Counted from the stretch's first letter, positions 28,868 through 39,473 are shown. The stretch is DNA of 64,000 bases from Candidatus Omnitrophota bacterium (GCA_016206785.1 JACQQV010000002.1:1554-65553); one strand, 5' to 3'. Notes: a model not told the origin generated them from the letters alone. Numbers and translations are program-made.

Positions 28868-30729
28868 CGGTTTCTCTGACTCACAGTGACAACGTCCTGC
28901 GAAGCGCTCAAAAGATCCCGAAAAGGAATCTGGTGAAGCATGCGGTATCCTTTCGGAAGATCTGTCGATACCCGATATTCGTTATCGACCACCCACCATC
29001 CTTCTGACCGCCACCCTCTGTCGGTCCCCTCAAATCCTTCCCTCTGCCTTTTTTCATAAAGGTGCCAGCCGTTAAACACGAAGCCCGCATCAATTTTTTC
29101 CGGAGAAATCCCCTGGCCCAGGAGCCAATAGCCCCCCTCCCATAACGCCCCGACCCGTTGGATGGTGCGGTCCGTATGCAAAAAGGACGGGATGAGAACG
29201 CAGAAGATGAGGAAAACTGAAAGTACCTTATGAGAGGGTACAAGACGGGCCGCCCTTAACGAAAGAAGGATGGCGGAAGGAAAAACCGGAAAAAGATAAC
29301 GGTCCGTTGTCACGGGAATGAAAAGGAGAAAAAGAAGATAGAGAAGACTCGCCCCATGCAGGATTTTTTCCGATCTCTCCATCGGACCGGCGGAAAGATC
29401 CCCTTTCCACCTTTTCATCAAGCATGGGATGCCGAGGAAAAGTATGCTGCTTAAGCAGAGGATCCCGAAAAGAGCAAGAAGGATGTGATGGTACAAAAGA
29501 GGAAGCCGGTTCTGCCACGTCTGAAGCGTCTGATACAGAGTGAGCCTCTCCGAGAAAAAATGATAGATCGGGGGGAGAAGTTGCGAAGCCACCGATAACA
29601 CCCCCGAACGGACCGGCGGAAGAACCGATCCCAAGAGGATCAAAAAGAGAATGGCGAGGAGAGATCGCGTCTCTTTGGCTTTGACACGGAGCGCCACGGA
29701 GGGGGTGTAGATCGAGATAAAGAACGCTGCGCCTGTTAACCCGCAGAGTGTCACAAGGGTGTAGAGAAAAATGCCGGATCCTTTGAGGTGAAATCCTTTG
29801 GGGAAATAATCTGGCATCCAAAGCCCTTGTCCCAGGCCGAGCGATAGAATGCCGATCCCGAACGCGATCCCTGCCAAAAGGAAAAGGCGCCATGTCTTTG
29901 GATGAACGGCTCCTTGGGCCGAGAGACTCAAGGCACCCGCGACAAGGAGAGGGCTTGCGTAATAACCGAAATAAAGAAACGTGAAAAAGGGGATGCGGAG
30001 AACATCCGTCAAGATTTTATCAAGACGCAATGCATAGGCACTTAACAGAAGATTGGCCGGCGGAATCCCGTGAAACACAGCGTGTTGCCAAAGGGTAAAG
30101 ATCCCGAGGCTTAAAAAAGGGATGAGCACGCTGACCCTCCAGAGGAGTGGGAACTCTTTTGGGTCACGCATCAACACGAAAAAGAGAAGAAGAGGCAGAA
30201 AAATCCCAACCTGCCGCACCAAAAGTGCCATGGACACAAAGAGGCTGCCGATGAGAAGCCAGGGACCTGACCGACGAGAGAGCCCCTTGGCATAAGCCCA
30301 TGCCGCCGCAAGATAGAGGGTCAAAAACGGAAGGTCTGTGTAAAAGGTTCTGGTCAGAAAAATAAAAGGGGGACTTACGATCAAAAGAAGGCATCCCCAG
30401 AAACGCTCCCTCTTTTCAAACTGAAGAGACGCCATGAGGAGATCAAAAAAAAGGATCGCCAGAGCCCCCATGACAGCATTGGAAAGATGAAGCGCAGAGA
30501 AGGAGAAACCAAAAGGAAGAAGAAAAAGAAAGGCCCATCCGATTTGAAACACGAGGCTTTGCCCATACCAGCTTAAGATCTGAAATCTCCCCGTCTCATA
30601 AAAATGCTTCGCCACTTTTGCATAGGTCCAATCATCCCCGATGGGAGTTTCGTAGAAAGGAGAAACAAGAAAGAAAGTAAGACTATAAATCAAGTAGATG
30701 AGGATAAGATAAAGGGGTAGCTTCTTCAT
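28864..30729 (-). CDS. GT-C glycosyltransferase, family 39/83-like (second ArnT/PMT-like paralog)
   Basis: The first loop carries the motif PIGDDWTYAKVAKHFYETGRF, and the protein is polytopic. The start was trimmed to MKKLPLY at 30729. Confidence 0.65.
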   Translation of the reverse strand: MKKLPLYLILIYLIYSLTFFLVSPFYETPIGDDWTYAKVAKHFYETGRFQILSWYGQSLVFQIGWAFLFLLPFGFSFSALHLSNAVMGALAILFFDLLMASLQFEKRERFWGCLLLIVSPPFIFLTRTFYTDLPFLTLYLAAAWAYAKGLSRRSGPWLLIGSLFVSMALLVRQVGIFLPLLLFFVLMRDPKEFPLLWRVSVLIPFLSLGIFTLWQHAVFHGIPPANLLLSAYALRLDKILTDVLRIPFFTFLYFGYYASPLLVAGALSLSAQGAVHPKTWRLFLLAGIAFGIGILSLGLGQGLWMPDYFPKGFHLKGSGIFLYTLVTLCGLTGAAFFISIYTPSVALRVKAKETRSLLAILFLILLGSVLPPVRSGVLSVASQLLPPIYHFFSERLTLYQTLQTWQNRLPLLYHHILLALFGILCLSSILFLGIPCLMKRWKGDLSAGPMERSEKILHGASLLYLLFLLFIPVTTDRYLFPVFPSAILLSLRAARLVPSHKVLSVFLIFCVLIPSFLHTDRTIQRVGALWEGGYWLLGQGISPEKIDAGFVFNGWHLYEKRQREGFEGTDRGWRSEGWWVVDNEYRVSTDLPKGYRMLHQIPFRDLLSASQDVVTVSQRNR

Positions 30730-30739
30730 CCAGTCATTT

Positions 30740-31789
30740 TCACCCACAAAGGACGTTATGCCGCACGGAACCCACCCAACGGCCCAATTCCGTCGCCAGA
30801 CGGGCAAACGCCCAGTCGAGGGGGACCGTCAAGAGATCGAAAAAGGCGAAGGAAACCTCAGCCGACAGAAGCCGACGGAGCATCTTCCCTTCCCACATCA
30901 AAAGAAGCCCAAGAAAAAAGGCGACCGCCCAGAAAGGGTAGAACCGCCCCACCCCCACAAGGGCCAAAATGATCTTTGCAAGAGAGATCGGTTCGATCGC
31001 AATCGTCACAGGCGAAGGACATCGCCAAGAGGTACGAAGCATTGAAATCGTAAGGAACTTCCGAAAATCCCTTTTGACTATTTTTGACTGTAGCAGCCCG
31101 TGAGAAAAGGCACGACGGATCCTTTTCAAAAGAGAGGATTGCACGTGATGGATTACTCCAAGATCCGGTCTATACTGAAGAGACATCCCTTCCTTTTTAA
31201 GGCGAAGGGAGAGATCCCAGTCTTCACCGGTATGAAGGGATTCGTCAAAGCCTCCTCCCTTCTCCCAGGCTCGTCGCAAAAGAGCGAGATTCCCTCCCAA
31301 AAGGAACTGGGATGTGAAAGGATTCGAGAGAGAGTGCTGAAGATCCGTTTCGCCGGACGGCCAACTTGCAGCAGCATATTTTTCAATCACCGACGCAGAG
31401 GGATGAGCCACATAAGGGCCCCCGACCGCTTGAAGGCCTTCATCCAATCTTCTATCGATTGTCTCAAGCCAGTCTGGAGGGGCTTCGCAATCTGCATCGA
31501 GAAAGGCGAGGACTTCTCCTTTGGCCATCCGCCCACCCCGGTTACGGGCAGCAGACGGACCTTTCTTTGTTTCGGTCACAAGTTGCAGGGGAATCTCCGG
31601 ATGCGCGAGGACCCACTGCTTGACCCGTGGGATCGTTTCATCCGTGGAGCCATTGTCCACGACGATGATTTCATCCGGCCGATGCCGCTGGAAGAGGAGA
31701 CTATTGAGACAGTGGGTGATCACGCTCTCTCCATTGAGGACAGGGATCACGACACTCATCAAACGCCCCGACGGTTCCTGAACATTCAT
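30740..31789 (-). CDS. GT2-family glycosyltransferase
   Basis: It has the motifs SVVIPVLNGE, IIVVDNGSTD and the DxD motif LDADC. The start overlaps the sulfatase stop (ATGA). Confidence 0.8.
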   Translation of the reverse strand: MNVQEPSGRLMSVVIPVLNGESVITHCLNSLLFQRHRPDEIIVVDNGSTDETIPRVKQWVLAHPEIPLQLVTETKKGPSAARNRGGRMAKGEVLAFLDADCEAPPDWLETIDRRLDEGLQAVGGPYVAHPSASVIEKYAAASWPSGETDLQHSLSNPFTSQFLLGGNLALLRRAWEKGGGFDESLHTGEDWDLSLRLKKEGMSLQYRPDLGVIHHVQSSLLKRIRRAFSHGLLQSKIVKRDFRKFLTISMLRTSWRCPSPVTIAIEPISLAKIILALVGVGRFYPFWAVAFFLGLLLMWEGKMLRRLLSAEVSFAFFDLLTVPLDWAFARLATELGRWVGSVRHNVLCG

Positions 31790-33645
31790 TGAAGGTACCC
31801 AAGGCTTTTTAATTTTTCGCGCGTCAGCCCCTCCATGGGGGGCCGTCTCGAACGTCTCACCTTCCCCCCCATCCACTGGACAAGCTTCGCCACCATCTTT
31901 TTCGTCCGCTCCGGTTCTTTAGAGGAAAGATCCGTCATTTCCTGGGGGTCTTCCAACAGGTGATAGAGCTCTGCAGGTCGGCCTTCGGGGGAATAGATGA
32001 GTTTCCAAGGACCTTCTCGGAGAGACCAGAGGTCCCCCCTGGTAGGATAGAGCGCTCGACGAGAAAGCTCTGCATAGGCAGAAGAACTCTGTTGCGAAAG
32101 GGTTCCTTCTTTCTCAAACAGATTTCTTCCGTCGCTAGGAGGTGCCGAAAGTTTGAGAAGGGACAAAATCGTTGGAAAAAGATCGATGCTCTGAATCACT
32201 TCGTCGGAAATGACTTTTTGCGGAACGGCCCCCGGATAAGAGAGCATTGCGGGGATCCGGATGCACGACTCGTACAAACGATCCCCATGATCAAAATAAT
32301 AATCATGATCGAAACTTTCCCCATGATCGGCGATAAAAAGAAGGAGTATTTTCTCCCCGAGTCCTTGATTCTCCAAGAATGAAGTGATCTGTCCGATATC
32401 CTGATCGACAAAAGCGATTTCCTCATCATACAGGGTCTTCATGTTCTCAATGAGTTGGGGTGTCAACTCGCTCTCCCGCCTTCCCCACAAATGGCTTTGT
32501 TGGCGCCGCAGGCGTTGCAGGGTTGCGGAGTCTTCCACCGATGAGAGGAAAGGAGGTCGGTAGGGGACGTGCGGATCGTAATAATGGAGCCAGACGAAAA
32601 AGGGTTGACCTTTGTGGCGCGCGATCCAAGGGAGAGAGAGGCGACTCACACCATCTGCCCGCCGGTCCAATTGAAACTCCACGACGCCGAACCGCTCTAG
32701 AAACCGAAAAAGTTTAAAGCCGTCCCAGAAAGAAAAACGATCCTGATAGAGATCGAAGCCTTTGGAGAGGCTGCACAGTTCGCGTTTTAAAGGATAGCCG
32801 CTCACAAAGGCGGCGGTCCGGTAGCCTGCGGCACGGAGGGTCTCGGCCAGTGTCGTGACGGAAGGATGCATGGCCATCGCATTTTCACGCGAGCCATGCG
32901 TTTTGGGATAGAGACCGGTCATGATTGAGGAAAAAGAGGGCACTGTGAGGGGAATCTGTGCATAGGCCTGGCGAAAAAGGATTCCGCGGGAAGCGAGCCG
33001 GTCGATGTGGGGGGTAAGCGCCTGACGATTCCCATAGCATCCCAAACGATCGGGACGGAGGGTGTCCACTGAAAGAATGAGCACATGCGGAAGAGAGGAG
33101 TGAATTGCGGGGGGACTCCACCAGGGAATGCGCAGGAGAAACGGTGTTGCGAAGGAGATGAGAATGAAAAGTATTGTAGCTTTCTGCTTCACCCACGTTG
33201 GAACCCATTTCTGAAAACATAAAACCGCTCCCACCGCAAAAAGTCCCAAAAGGATCGTGGCGATAAACAATAATAAAAGGGAGAGTTGCCCTTTCAGGAA
33301 AAGAAATTTCCGGAGTGCCCAGAAACCATAAATCACGAGAAGCGCACTTCCCCCAATCGTTGTCGCATGTCGGGCAAAGAGCGCTTCTCCCTTTTTCCCT
33401 TTTAGAAGAAAAAGAATCCAGACCCCTACCCAACCGATTCCACCCGCGAGGGCATAGGCCAGACCCAATCCAAGAAAATCCCGATAGAGCCAAAGAAGAG
33501 GGAAATCTTTGAGATATTGGCGAAAAGCGTCACTGGTTGAGGAGGCGATATCGATCTCGAGGAAGGCCACAAACATGGATAAAAAAATCCATGTTGTGAA
33601 ACCTGTGATCAAGGACGCAGAGCTACGAGCGGGCCGCTTCGGCAT
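31786..33645 (-). CDS. membrane-anchored sulfatase-family enzyme (alkaline phosphatase superfamily; LtaS/EptA-like phospho-substituent transferase or sulfatase)
   Basis: It has N-terminal TM helices followed by the motifs ILSVDTLRPDRLGCYGN and SFSSIMTGLYP. Confidence 0.75.
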   Translation of the reverse strand: MPKRPARSSASLITGFTTWIFLSMFVAFLEIDIASSTSDAFRQYLKDFPLLWLYRDFLGLGLAYALAGGIGWVGVWILFLLKGKKGEALFARHATTIGGSALLVIYGFWALRKFLFLKGQLSLLLLFIATILLGLFAVGAVLCFQKWVPTWVKQKATILFILISFATPFLLRIPWWSPPAIHSSLPHVLILSVDTLRPDRLGCYGNRQALTPHIDRLASRGILFRQAYAQIPLTVPSFSSIMTGLYPKTHGSRENAMAMHPSVTTLAETLRAAGYRTAAFVSGYPLKRELCSLSKGFDLYQDRFSFWDGFKLFRFLERFGVVEFQLDRRADGVSRLSLPWIARHKGQPFFVWLHYYDPHVPYRPPFLSSVEDSATLQRLRRQQSHLWGRRESELTPQLIENMKTLYDEEIAFVDQDIGQITSFLENQGLGEKILLLFIADHGESFDHDYYFDHGDRLYESCIRIPAMLSYPGAVPQKVISDEVIQSIDLFPTILSLLKLSAPPSDGRNLFEKEGTLSQQSSSAYAELSRRALYPTRGDLWSLREGPWKLIYSPEGRPAELYHLLEDPQEMTDLSSKEPERTKKMVAKLVQWMGGKVRRSRRPPMEGLTREKLKSLGYLQ

Positions 33646-34498
33646 AGATCACCACCTCATCCTGTCGCTGAATCAGATGAGACACGACAATCACTGCGAA
33701 AGCCCCCCACCGCACCAGGGGATGCTTGGCCCATTCCTTACGCGCGAGGGCATGGGGATCCATGTAGTCCTCGCGATAGCTGTGGATCGGATGGAACCCG
33801 CAACGTTCCAATAAGAGGCGTAGTCCCTTCTCGGTGAAATGAAACAGGTGTTCCTGAAAGAGCTTTTCAAATCCGGAACGGAATTTTCCGAGACTGACAC
33901 GGTAAAGGAGGTCTAAAACCCAGGGGAGGAGGCTATCGCAGACAGGGGTACGGATGACGACTAACCCTTTCGGGAGCAGTCGCGTGTGAATCCTAAGAAG
34001 TGTTCCCTTCGGATCTGGGAGATGTTCCAACACATCCCACAAGGTCACCACCTCATACCGATCGGTCTTAAGAGATGCACTTTCGAGAGTTCCCACCTGA
34101 ATAGGAAGCTTAAGCGTCTGACGCGCATGATCTGCCATCTTCTCAGAGAGCTCAAGCCCCTCTACCTTCCAACCCTTGCGACGGGCCTCATCCAAAAAAA
34201 ATCCGAGTCCCGGTCCTACATCCAAAAGGTTCCCCCGCCGTCCCAGCCTCGAAAGTGTCTTAAGTCCTCTTTCGAAACTCTTTGAACGGAGATCCTGAAA
34301 ACTTTCAAAGTATTTCTGCTGAAACTCTGATACAGCATCGTCGTAAGAGGACCTAAGACTTGCCGCATGAGGAAAAGGATCGATAAAAAAGAGGCGGCAG
34401 GCATGACACCAAAAAACCCTTTTCTCTCGCAGGGAATAGCGTAAACGCGCATCCGGCGTTTGGCAAATGGGGCAAGAAGGGTGTGTCAACGGTTGCAA
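33623..34498 (-). CDS. class I SAM-dependent methyltransferase with N-terminal Cys4 zinc ribbon
   Basis: It has CPICQ...CHAC and the SAM-binding motif LLDVGPGLGFFL. The start codon is TTG. Confidence 0.75.
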   Translation of the reverse strand: MQPLTHPSCPICQTPDARLRYSLREKRVFWCHACRLFFIDPFPHAASLRSSYDDAVSEFQQKYFESFQDLRSKSFERGLKTLSRLGRRGNLLDVGPGLGFFLDEARRKGWKVEGLELSEKMADHARQTLKLPIQVGTLESASLKTDRYEVVTLWDVLEHLPDPKGTLLRIHTRLLPKGLVVIRTPVCDSLLPWVLDLLYRVSLGKFRSGFEKLFQEHLFHFTEKGLRLLLERCGFHPIHSYREDYMDPHALARKEWAKHPLVRWGAFAVIVVSHLIQRQDEVVIYAEAARS

Positions 34499-34510
34499 GG
34501 GTCCACTCCA

Positions 34511-35938
34511 TTAAAAGACAAGTTCTTTCCAAAGGGCCTTGATCGCACGAAGTTCCTTCGACAATCGCCGATGGAGGAGCCAAGCAAGAAGTCCGTATAG
34601 GAGAAGGCCCGTCGGCAAGAGAATCCAAAAGGAGAGGTGTGTTAAGGTCGAAAGAAAAAGAGTCCACAAAAGAAGAAGCCAAGGCATCGATCCCCCCTTT
34701 ACAAAGGAAAGGCCCCCAAACGTCCTGGCAATCTGAAATCCCATCAGAGAAAAGGTGACCGCCTCTGAAAGGAGGGTCACGGCACTCGCCCCTAAGAATC
34801 CGAAACGGGGGATCGCCCAAAGGTTCAGGACAAGATTCAAGAGCGTGCAGAAAAAAGTGAGTCCCAGTACCATCCTCTCCTTCCCCATGGCAATCAAGAA
34901 ATGGCCATTCAGTCCTCCAAAGATAAAAAAGAGAGAACCGGAAAGGAGGATATAGAGTGCAGGAAGCGCGCCCTGAAAGGAGGTGCCGTAGAAGGAAAGG
35001 AGGAGGGTGCGCGCCCCAAAAAGCGCGAGGATGCCAAAGGGGATAAAGAGAAAAAAGACGGTGCGCAACAGCTCTTCATAAAACGCAAGAAGCTGCTGGG
35101 TGGAACCTTTCGCCAGTCTCGAGAAGACCGGGAAAGCGACTGTCGTGAGAATCGCTGAAGCCACGAAAAGGACTTCGAGAAAACTATAGGCCGCCTGGTA
35201 GAGCCCTACCTCCGCAATGTCCCGGAAGAAAGAAAGTAGGACGGTATCCAGATAAAGATAAAGGGTGACAACGCTCTGGATAAGCCAGAGGGGGATCACC
35301 CCCGAAAGTCGCATCGGTTCCCACGCCATTCCTCTCCATCCGATCCGTCGACGGTATAACCAAAGAGCATGGACGAGACCGACCAGGCTGGAAAGGATAA
35401 ACATGCCGAAGAAAAGGTCGAGTGATTTCTGGGTGAGGGCAAAGACGCCTCCCCCCATGAGAAACAGATTCTTTGAAAGGCTCACCTCCCATTCCCCTTC
35501 CATCTTCTCAAAGGCCCGGAAAAAATTGAGAATGAAACTGATGAGATGAATGAAGAAAAAGGAAAACCCACTTAAGAGCATATGGCGTTTGAGAGAAGAT
35601 GCGTAAGGAAACACAAGAAGAAAACCGCCGAGGAGAAGGAGAACCAAAACGCCCGTTGCAATTCGGTAAAGGCCAACCGTGTAGAAAAAATGGCCGGCCC
35701 TTTCACGGGACTGCGACACTTCCCGTACGAGCCATGTTCCGAACCCGAAATCTCCGATTGTAAAAAAAGTTCTGGCCAGGAGGAGGCTTAAGGCATAATC
35801 CCCAAACGCTGTCCTTCCCATCGACCGCGCGATCACAATGCCGAGGATAAGATAGGTTCCCTTGTTGAGCAGTTCCCGGAGGGAAAGGAAAATGATGTTC
35901 CGGGTCACCCGCCACCAGGAAACGGTGTGTGCCGTCAT
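34511..35938 (-). CDS. Wzx-like flippase (MOP/polysaccharide biosynthesis protein family)
   Basis: The 475-aa protein has about 12 to 14 TM helices and the typical N-terminal KGTYLILGIVIARSMG region. Confidence 0.8.
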   Translation of the reverse strand: MTAHTVSWWRVTRNIIFLSLRELLNKGTYLILGIVIARSMGRTAFGDYALSLLLARTFFTIGDFGFGTWLVREVSQSRERAGHFFYTVGLYRIATGVLVLLLLGGFLLVFPYASSLKRHMLLSGFSFFFIHLISFILNFFRAFEKMEGEWEVSLSKNLFLMGGGVFALTQKSLDLFFGMFILSSLVGLVHALWLYRRRIGWRGMAWEPMRLSGVIPLWLIQSVVTLYLYLDTVLLSFFRDIAEVGLYQAAYSFLEVLFVASAILTTVAFPVFSRLAKGSTQQLLAFYEELLRTVFFLFIPFGILALFGARTLLLSFYGTSFQGALPALYILLSGSLFFIFGGLNGHFLIAMGKERMVLGLTFFCTLLNLVLNLWAIPRFGFLGASAVTLLSEAVTFSLMGFQIARTFGGLSFVKGGSMPWLLLLWTLFLSTLTHLSFWILLPTGLLLYGLLAWLLHRRLSKELRAIKALWKELVF

Positions 35939-35960
35939 GGCCTAAGGGGGGGACCGATGG

Positions 35961-36728
35961 CTACAGCTTCTCATAAATAGGACGCGGGATGACATACTCG
36001 ACGCTGTTTAACACAACGCCCAAAAATTTATCCTCGGCCTTGTTCAAGAGATCTTTCGCCCGCCGGATGACTTCTCTTCGCGTCTCCCGTGCCCGGACGA
36101 CCAAAATAACGCCGTCCACATTCGCGGCAAGAATCACAGAATCGGTAAAAGGAATGACCGGAGGGGAATCGAAAAGGATCATGTCAAATTGAGGTTTGAG
36201 AAGTTCGATCATCTCTTTGAGCCGAGGAGAATGAAGAAGTTCTGCGGAGCCTTGAAGCACATGGCCGCTCGGAATGACTTTCAGATTTCCGATACGGGTG
36301 GTTCGGATGATCTCTTCCATGCCGATCGTCCCCTGGAGGAGATTCGAGAGGCCGGGCGCCTTTTCCACGTCAAAGATCTCATGAATCTTGGGATCCCGGA
36401 GATCCCCATCGATCAAAAGTGTTTTGTTCCCCTCGAGGGCAGCGAGAATAACCGCAAGGTTCACCACGGTTTGGGTTCTTCCCTCTCCTGGTGCGGCGCT
36501 GGCCACTAAAATGCTCCGGATCGGTTTTGAGCGGCTCTGCCGCTGGATATTGGTCCGAAGGGTGCGATAGGATTCCGCGAGGGGGGAGTCAGGATCGGTA
36601 AAGTCGACGATAGGATGGGAGTAGCCTGAAAAGGTTGCCTCTGGAGAGAGGGTGCTTTGGCCTGGCGGGTTCTCCTTCGATTCTTTCCCCCCGCCTATCT
36701 TACGAAGGGCATCATCGATCTTCCCCAT
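35961..36728 (-). CDS. BY-kinase-type cytoplasmic ATPase (CpsD/Wzc C-terminal domain-like)
   Basis: It has a Walker A-like motif (SAAPGEGRT), a Walker A-prime motif (LLIDGDLRDP) and Walker B (ILFDSPP). Confidence 0.75.
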   Translation of the reverse strand: MGKIDDALRKIGGGKESKENPPGQSTLSPEATFSGYSHPIVDFTDPDSPLAESYRTLRTNIQRQSRSKPIRSILVASAAPGEGRTQTVVNLAVILAALEGNKTLLIDGDLRDPKIHEIFDVEKAPGLSNLLQGTIGMEEIIRTTRIGNLKVIPSGHVLQGSAELLHSPRLKEMIELLKPQFDMILFDSPPVIPFTDSVILAANVDGVILVVRARETRREVIRRAKDLLNKAEDKFLGVVLNSVEYVIPRPIYEKL

Positions 36729-36749
36729 GGAATTTCTCCTCTTCCGTCT

Positions 36750-38213
36750 CTACCGTTTTTTCTTCCCGATTTTCCCCGAGGGTCCCTTGGGAATCGAACC
36801 CAATACCGGAAGACCGAGAAATCGCTCCACATCATCGACATTTTTAAAAGAGTGATCAAAATATTCAAAGAGAGACGCTGTCCCGATCCCTGTCACAAGC
36901 CCGACGACGCACCCTAAGGTAATATTCAACGTTTTATTGGGTCGGATCGGATTCTGAGGAGGGACCGCCGGGTCCAAGACCTTCACCGTTGAAATCCCTT
37001 CCTCTTTGAGCGATTCGGCGGCGGCCGCTTCTTCCCGGCGATTCTGGAGAAGGGTATAGATATTTTCCTTCGCCTGGATCTGCCGCATCAGTCGATTGTG
37101 CTCTTTCTCCTTCTCCGCCAGATCCGCTACCTGGGCGCGGTATTCCTCAAGATTTTTCTCCACATGCTGTTTGCGGACCTTGACCGCCTCAAGGTTCGCT
37201 TCCAAGGTAACCATCTCTTTGACGAGGCTCTGGTAAACGGGGTTATTCCCTGAAAATTCAAGGGCGGTCTCTTTGAGGAGCTCCTGGTTTAACTTTTCTC
37301 TGGCCCCTTCAATCTCTTTTTTGAGCTTCACAACAGGAGTGCTCGTCTCGGTATAGGTCCCTTCTAAGGTAGCGAGGTCGAGTTCCAGATCCAATATTTT
37401 TCTCCGGAGGGCTTCGACCTGGGGGCTGGAAGGGGTTTGGGCGGTGGCCAATACGGTGGCATCCGGATTACTCAGTTCCGCACGGATTTTATTCAGCTTG
37501 GTCTCGGTCTCTTCCTCTTCCGAAAGGGCCTTTCGCTGTTCCGCCTCGAATTCTGAAAGCCGTGCCAAAGCGGTTCTCACCTGCTCCTCGACGGAAACGA
37601 GTCCCCCTTCTTCCTTTAAAGCAAGGAGTTCGTTCTCTGCTTCGGTCAGTTCTTTACCCAGCGAACCGAGTTGTTTATCCAAATGGGTTAAAACGCCGCT
37701 CGCCCTCCCCTTCTTCCGCTCCACATACCAATGGACGTAGGCTTGGGCCACGGCATTGGCCAGGTCTGCCGCCGTTTGAGGGTTTGCATCCTGAACGCGG
37801 ATATAGATGAGATCTGTCGTCTCTTTTGCGACCCCCACCGAAATGCTCTGCTGAAGCTGTGCGATCTTTTCCTCCAACATCCTTTCCTGCATGCCGGTCA
37901 TTTTGAGTTGCTCGAGGGCCTTCCGGAGGACGACGCGGCTTTTAATAATCTCGCTCTGCGTCTTCGCCATCTCTGCCGCTTCTTGGGAGGTGGAGAGAAT
38001 GGTGGGTACGGCAATCTGTTGGGCGCTTTGCATCGTCGATGGGGGAATAGGCTCTTTCTCAATGACCAACGTTGTGGAAGCTTCAAAAACAGGCGTCGCC
38101 AAAAGCGTGGCCACGATGGCGCTTAGGGCGACGGTGACAAAAAGGGTCAGAATCACATTCTTCCGATAAAAGAGGGATTGTAAAAAATCACGCGCGCTGG
38201 TTTTAAGTTCCAT
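36750..38213 (-). CDS. polysaccharide co-polymerase (Wzz/GumC-like chain-length determinant)
   Basis: It has an N-terminal TM helix, a long coiled-coil periplasmic region, and a C-terminal TM helix (LGCVVGLVTGIGTASLF). Confidence 0.75.
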   Translation of the reverse strand: MELKTSARDFLQSLFYRKNVILTLFVTVALSAIVATLLATPVFEASTTLVIEKEPIPPSTMQSAQQIAVPTILSTSQEAAEMAKTQSEIIKSRVVLRKALEQLKMTGMQERMLEEKIAQLQQSISVGVAKETTDLIYIRVQDANPQTAADLANAVAQAYVHWYVERKKGRASGVLTHLDKQLGSLGKELTEAENELLALKEEGGLVSVEEQVRTALARLSEFEAEQRKALSEEEETETKLNKIRAELSNPDATVLATAQTPSSPQVEALRRKILDLELDLATLEGTYTETSTPVVKLKKEIEGAREKLNQELLKETALEFSGNNPVYQSLVKEMVTLEANLEAVKVRKQHVEKNLEEYRAQVADLAEKEKEHNRLMRQIQAKENIYTLLQNRREEAAAAESLKEEGISTVKVLDPAVPPQNPIRPNKTLNITLGCVVGLVTGIGTASLFEYFDHSFKNVDDVERFLGLPVLGSIPKGPSGKIGKKKR

Positions 38214-38228
38214 CTTAAATTTGAAACC

Positions 38229-39473
38229 TTAACGGAGTTCGACCGGATCGCCGATCACGAAGGGAGAACCGCCGACGAGTGATCCTCTCAGATGTTTGGT
38301 GAAAAAGAAAAGGAAGTTGTCGAGTTTTTTCACAAAGTTGCGGGGAATAAACACCACGTCGCCGTTTTGAAGCACCATGTCCTTGGCGGTATTCCCTTGG
38401 GTCACGACCTGTGCCAGATTCACCCGATAGATGTGCGGGTGTTGGCTCCACCCCCGCCTTACCACCAGCACACTGGTCAGGACCCCGCTATCCAACCATT
38501 GCCCCGCCTCTGAAATCATCTCGACCGCTGTGCGAGGTTGTGGAAGAGGATAACGTCCCGGCTTACGCACCTCCCCCAAGACATAGACTCCCCTGCTCCC
38601 GAATCCTGTCATAATCACAGTGACCGTCGGGGTACGCAAGGTGTTTGAGAGGCGCCGGGTGAGTTCCACATCCACCTGTTGAGGCGTAAGCCCACTCACA
38701 TACACATCATCCACCAGGGGAAAGGAGACCCGGCCATCCGGCCTCACCGTCACGGTGCGGGTTAACTCAGGCTGCTGCCAGACGGAAATTTCAAGAGCAT
38801 CTCCCGGCCCGATCGAATAATAGAGGTCGGTCGGCGGTGCTCCAAACTCTTCAAATTCCGTCGGGATTCCCTGAAACGGTATAGAGGCCCTCCCCCAAGG
38901 TTTCCTCTGCTGTCTTTCGGAGGAGGCCAAAGACAATCTTTCCTCCTCGGCCCCTTCTTGGGCCGGTAACGGAGGATAAGAAACGACGATCTCCTCCTTG
39001 GAGAGAGACCCCAATCGTTCCATCGCCTTTCGGGTCCAGGGATCATTGGGATGTCCGTAATCGATCCTCTTCCTCCAATAAAGGACCGCCTTCTCCTTTT
39101 TGCCCGCCTTCTCATAAAGGAGTGCGAGATTCGCGTAGGCATCCAGAAAATGGGGATCGAGGGAAACCGCTTTCAGATATTCCGATTCCGCTTCTTCCGA
39201 TTTACCCTGCTTCTCATAAAGGATGCCGAGGTCATTGTGAGGAGTGGCGTACTGGGGATCGATGGCGATCGCTTTTTGATAATGCTGCATCGCCAGTTCA
39301 AGTTGTCCTTTCTGCTGCGCCTGGTATCCTCGGTCGCGGTAGGTGGGGGCTTCGAGCTCCAAGCGGGCCTGAAGAGGAGGAGCGGTTCCAAGGTGATAAA
39401 GAGAAAGAAAGAGCCCCAGAGACAAAATGAGCCCTCTTCCCCTTATATGGAAAGGAGTTACGAAAGTGTGCAT
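38229..39473 (-). CDS. polysaccharide export protein (Wza-like Poly_export/SLBB) with N-terminal TPR repeats
   Basis: TPR units are followed by GPGDALEISVWQQPEL...RVSFPLV...GLTPQQ (the Poly_export motif) and SLBB-like repeats. Confidence 0.8.
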   Translation of the reverse strand: MHTFVTPFHIRGRGLILSLGLFLSLYHLGTAPPLQARLELEAPTYRDRGYQAQQKGQLELAMQHYQKAIAIDPQYATPHNDLGILYEKQGKSEEAESEYLKAVSLDPHFLDAYANLALLYEKAGKKEKAVLYWRKRIDYGHPNDPWTRKAMERLGSLSKEEIVVSYPPLPAQEGAEEERLSLASSERQQRKPWGRASIPFQGIPTEFEEFGAPPTDLYYSIGPGDALEISVWQQPELTRTVTVRPDGRVSFPLVDDVYVSGLTPQQVDVELTRRLSNTLRTPTVTVIMTGFGSRGVYVLGEVRKPGRYPLPQPRTAVEMISEAGQWLDSGVLTSVLVVRRGWSQHPHIYRVNLAQVVTQGNTAKDMVLQNGDVVFIPRNFVKKLDNFLFFFTKHLRGSLVGGSPFVIGDPVELR

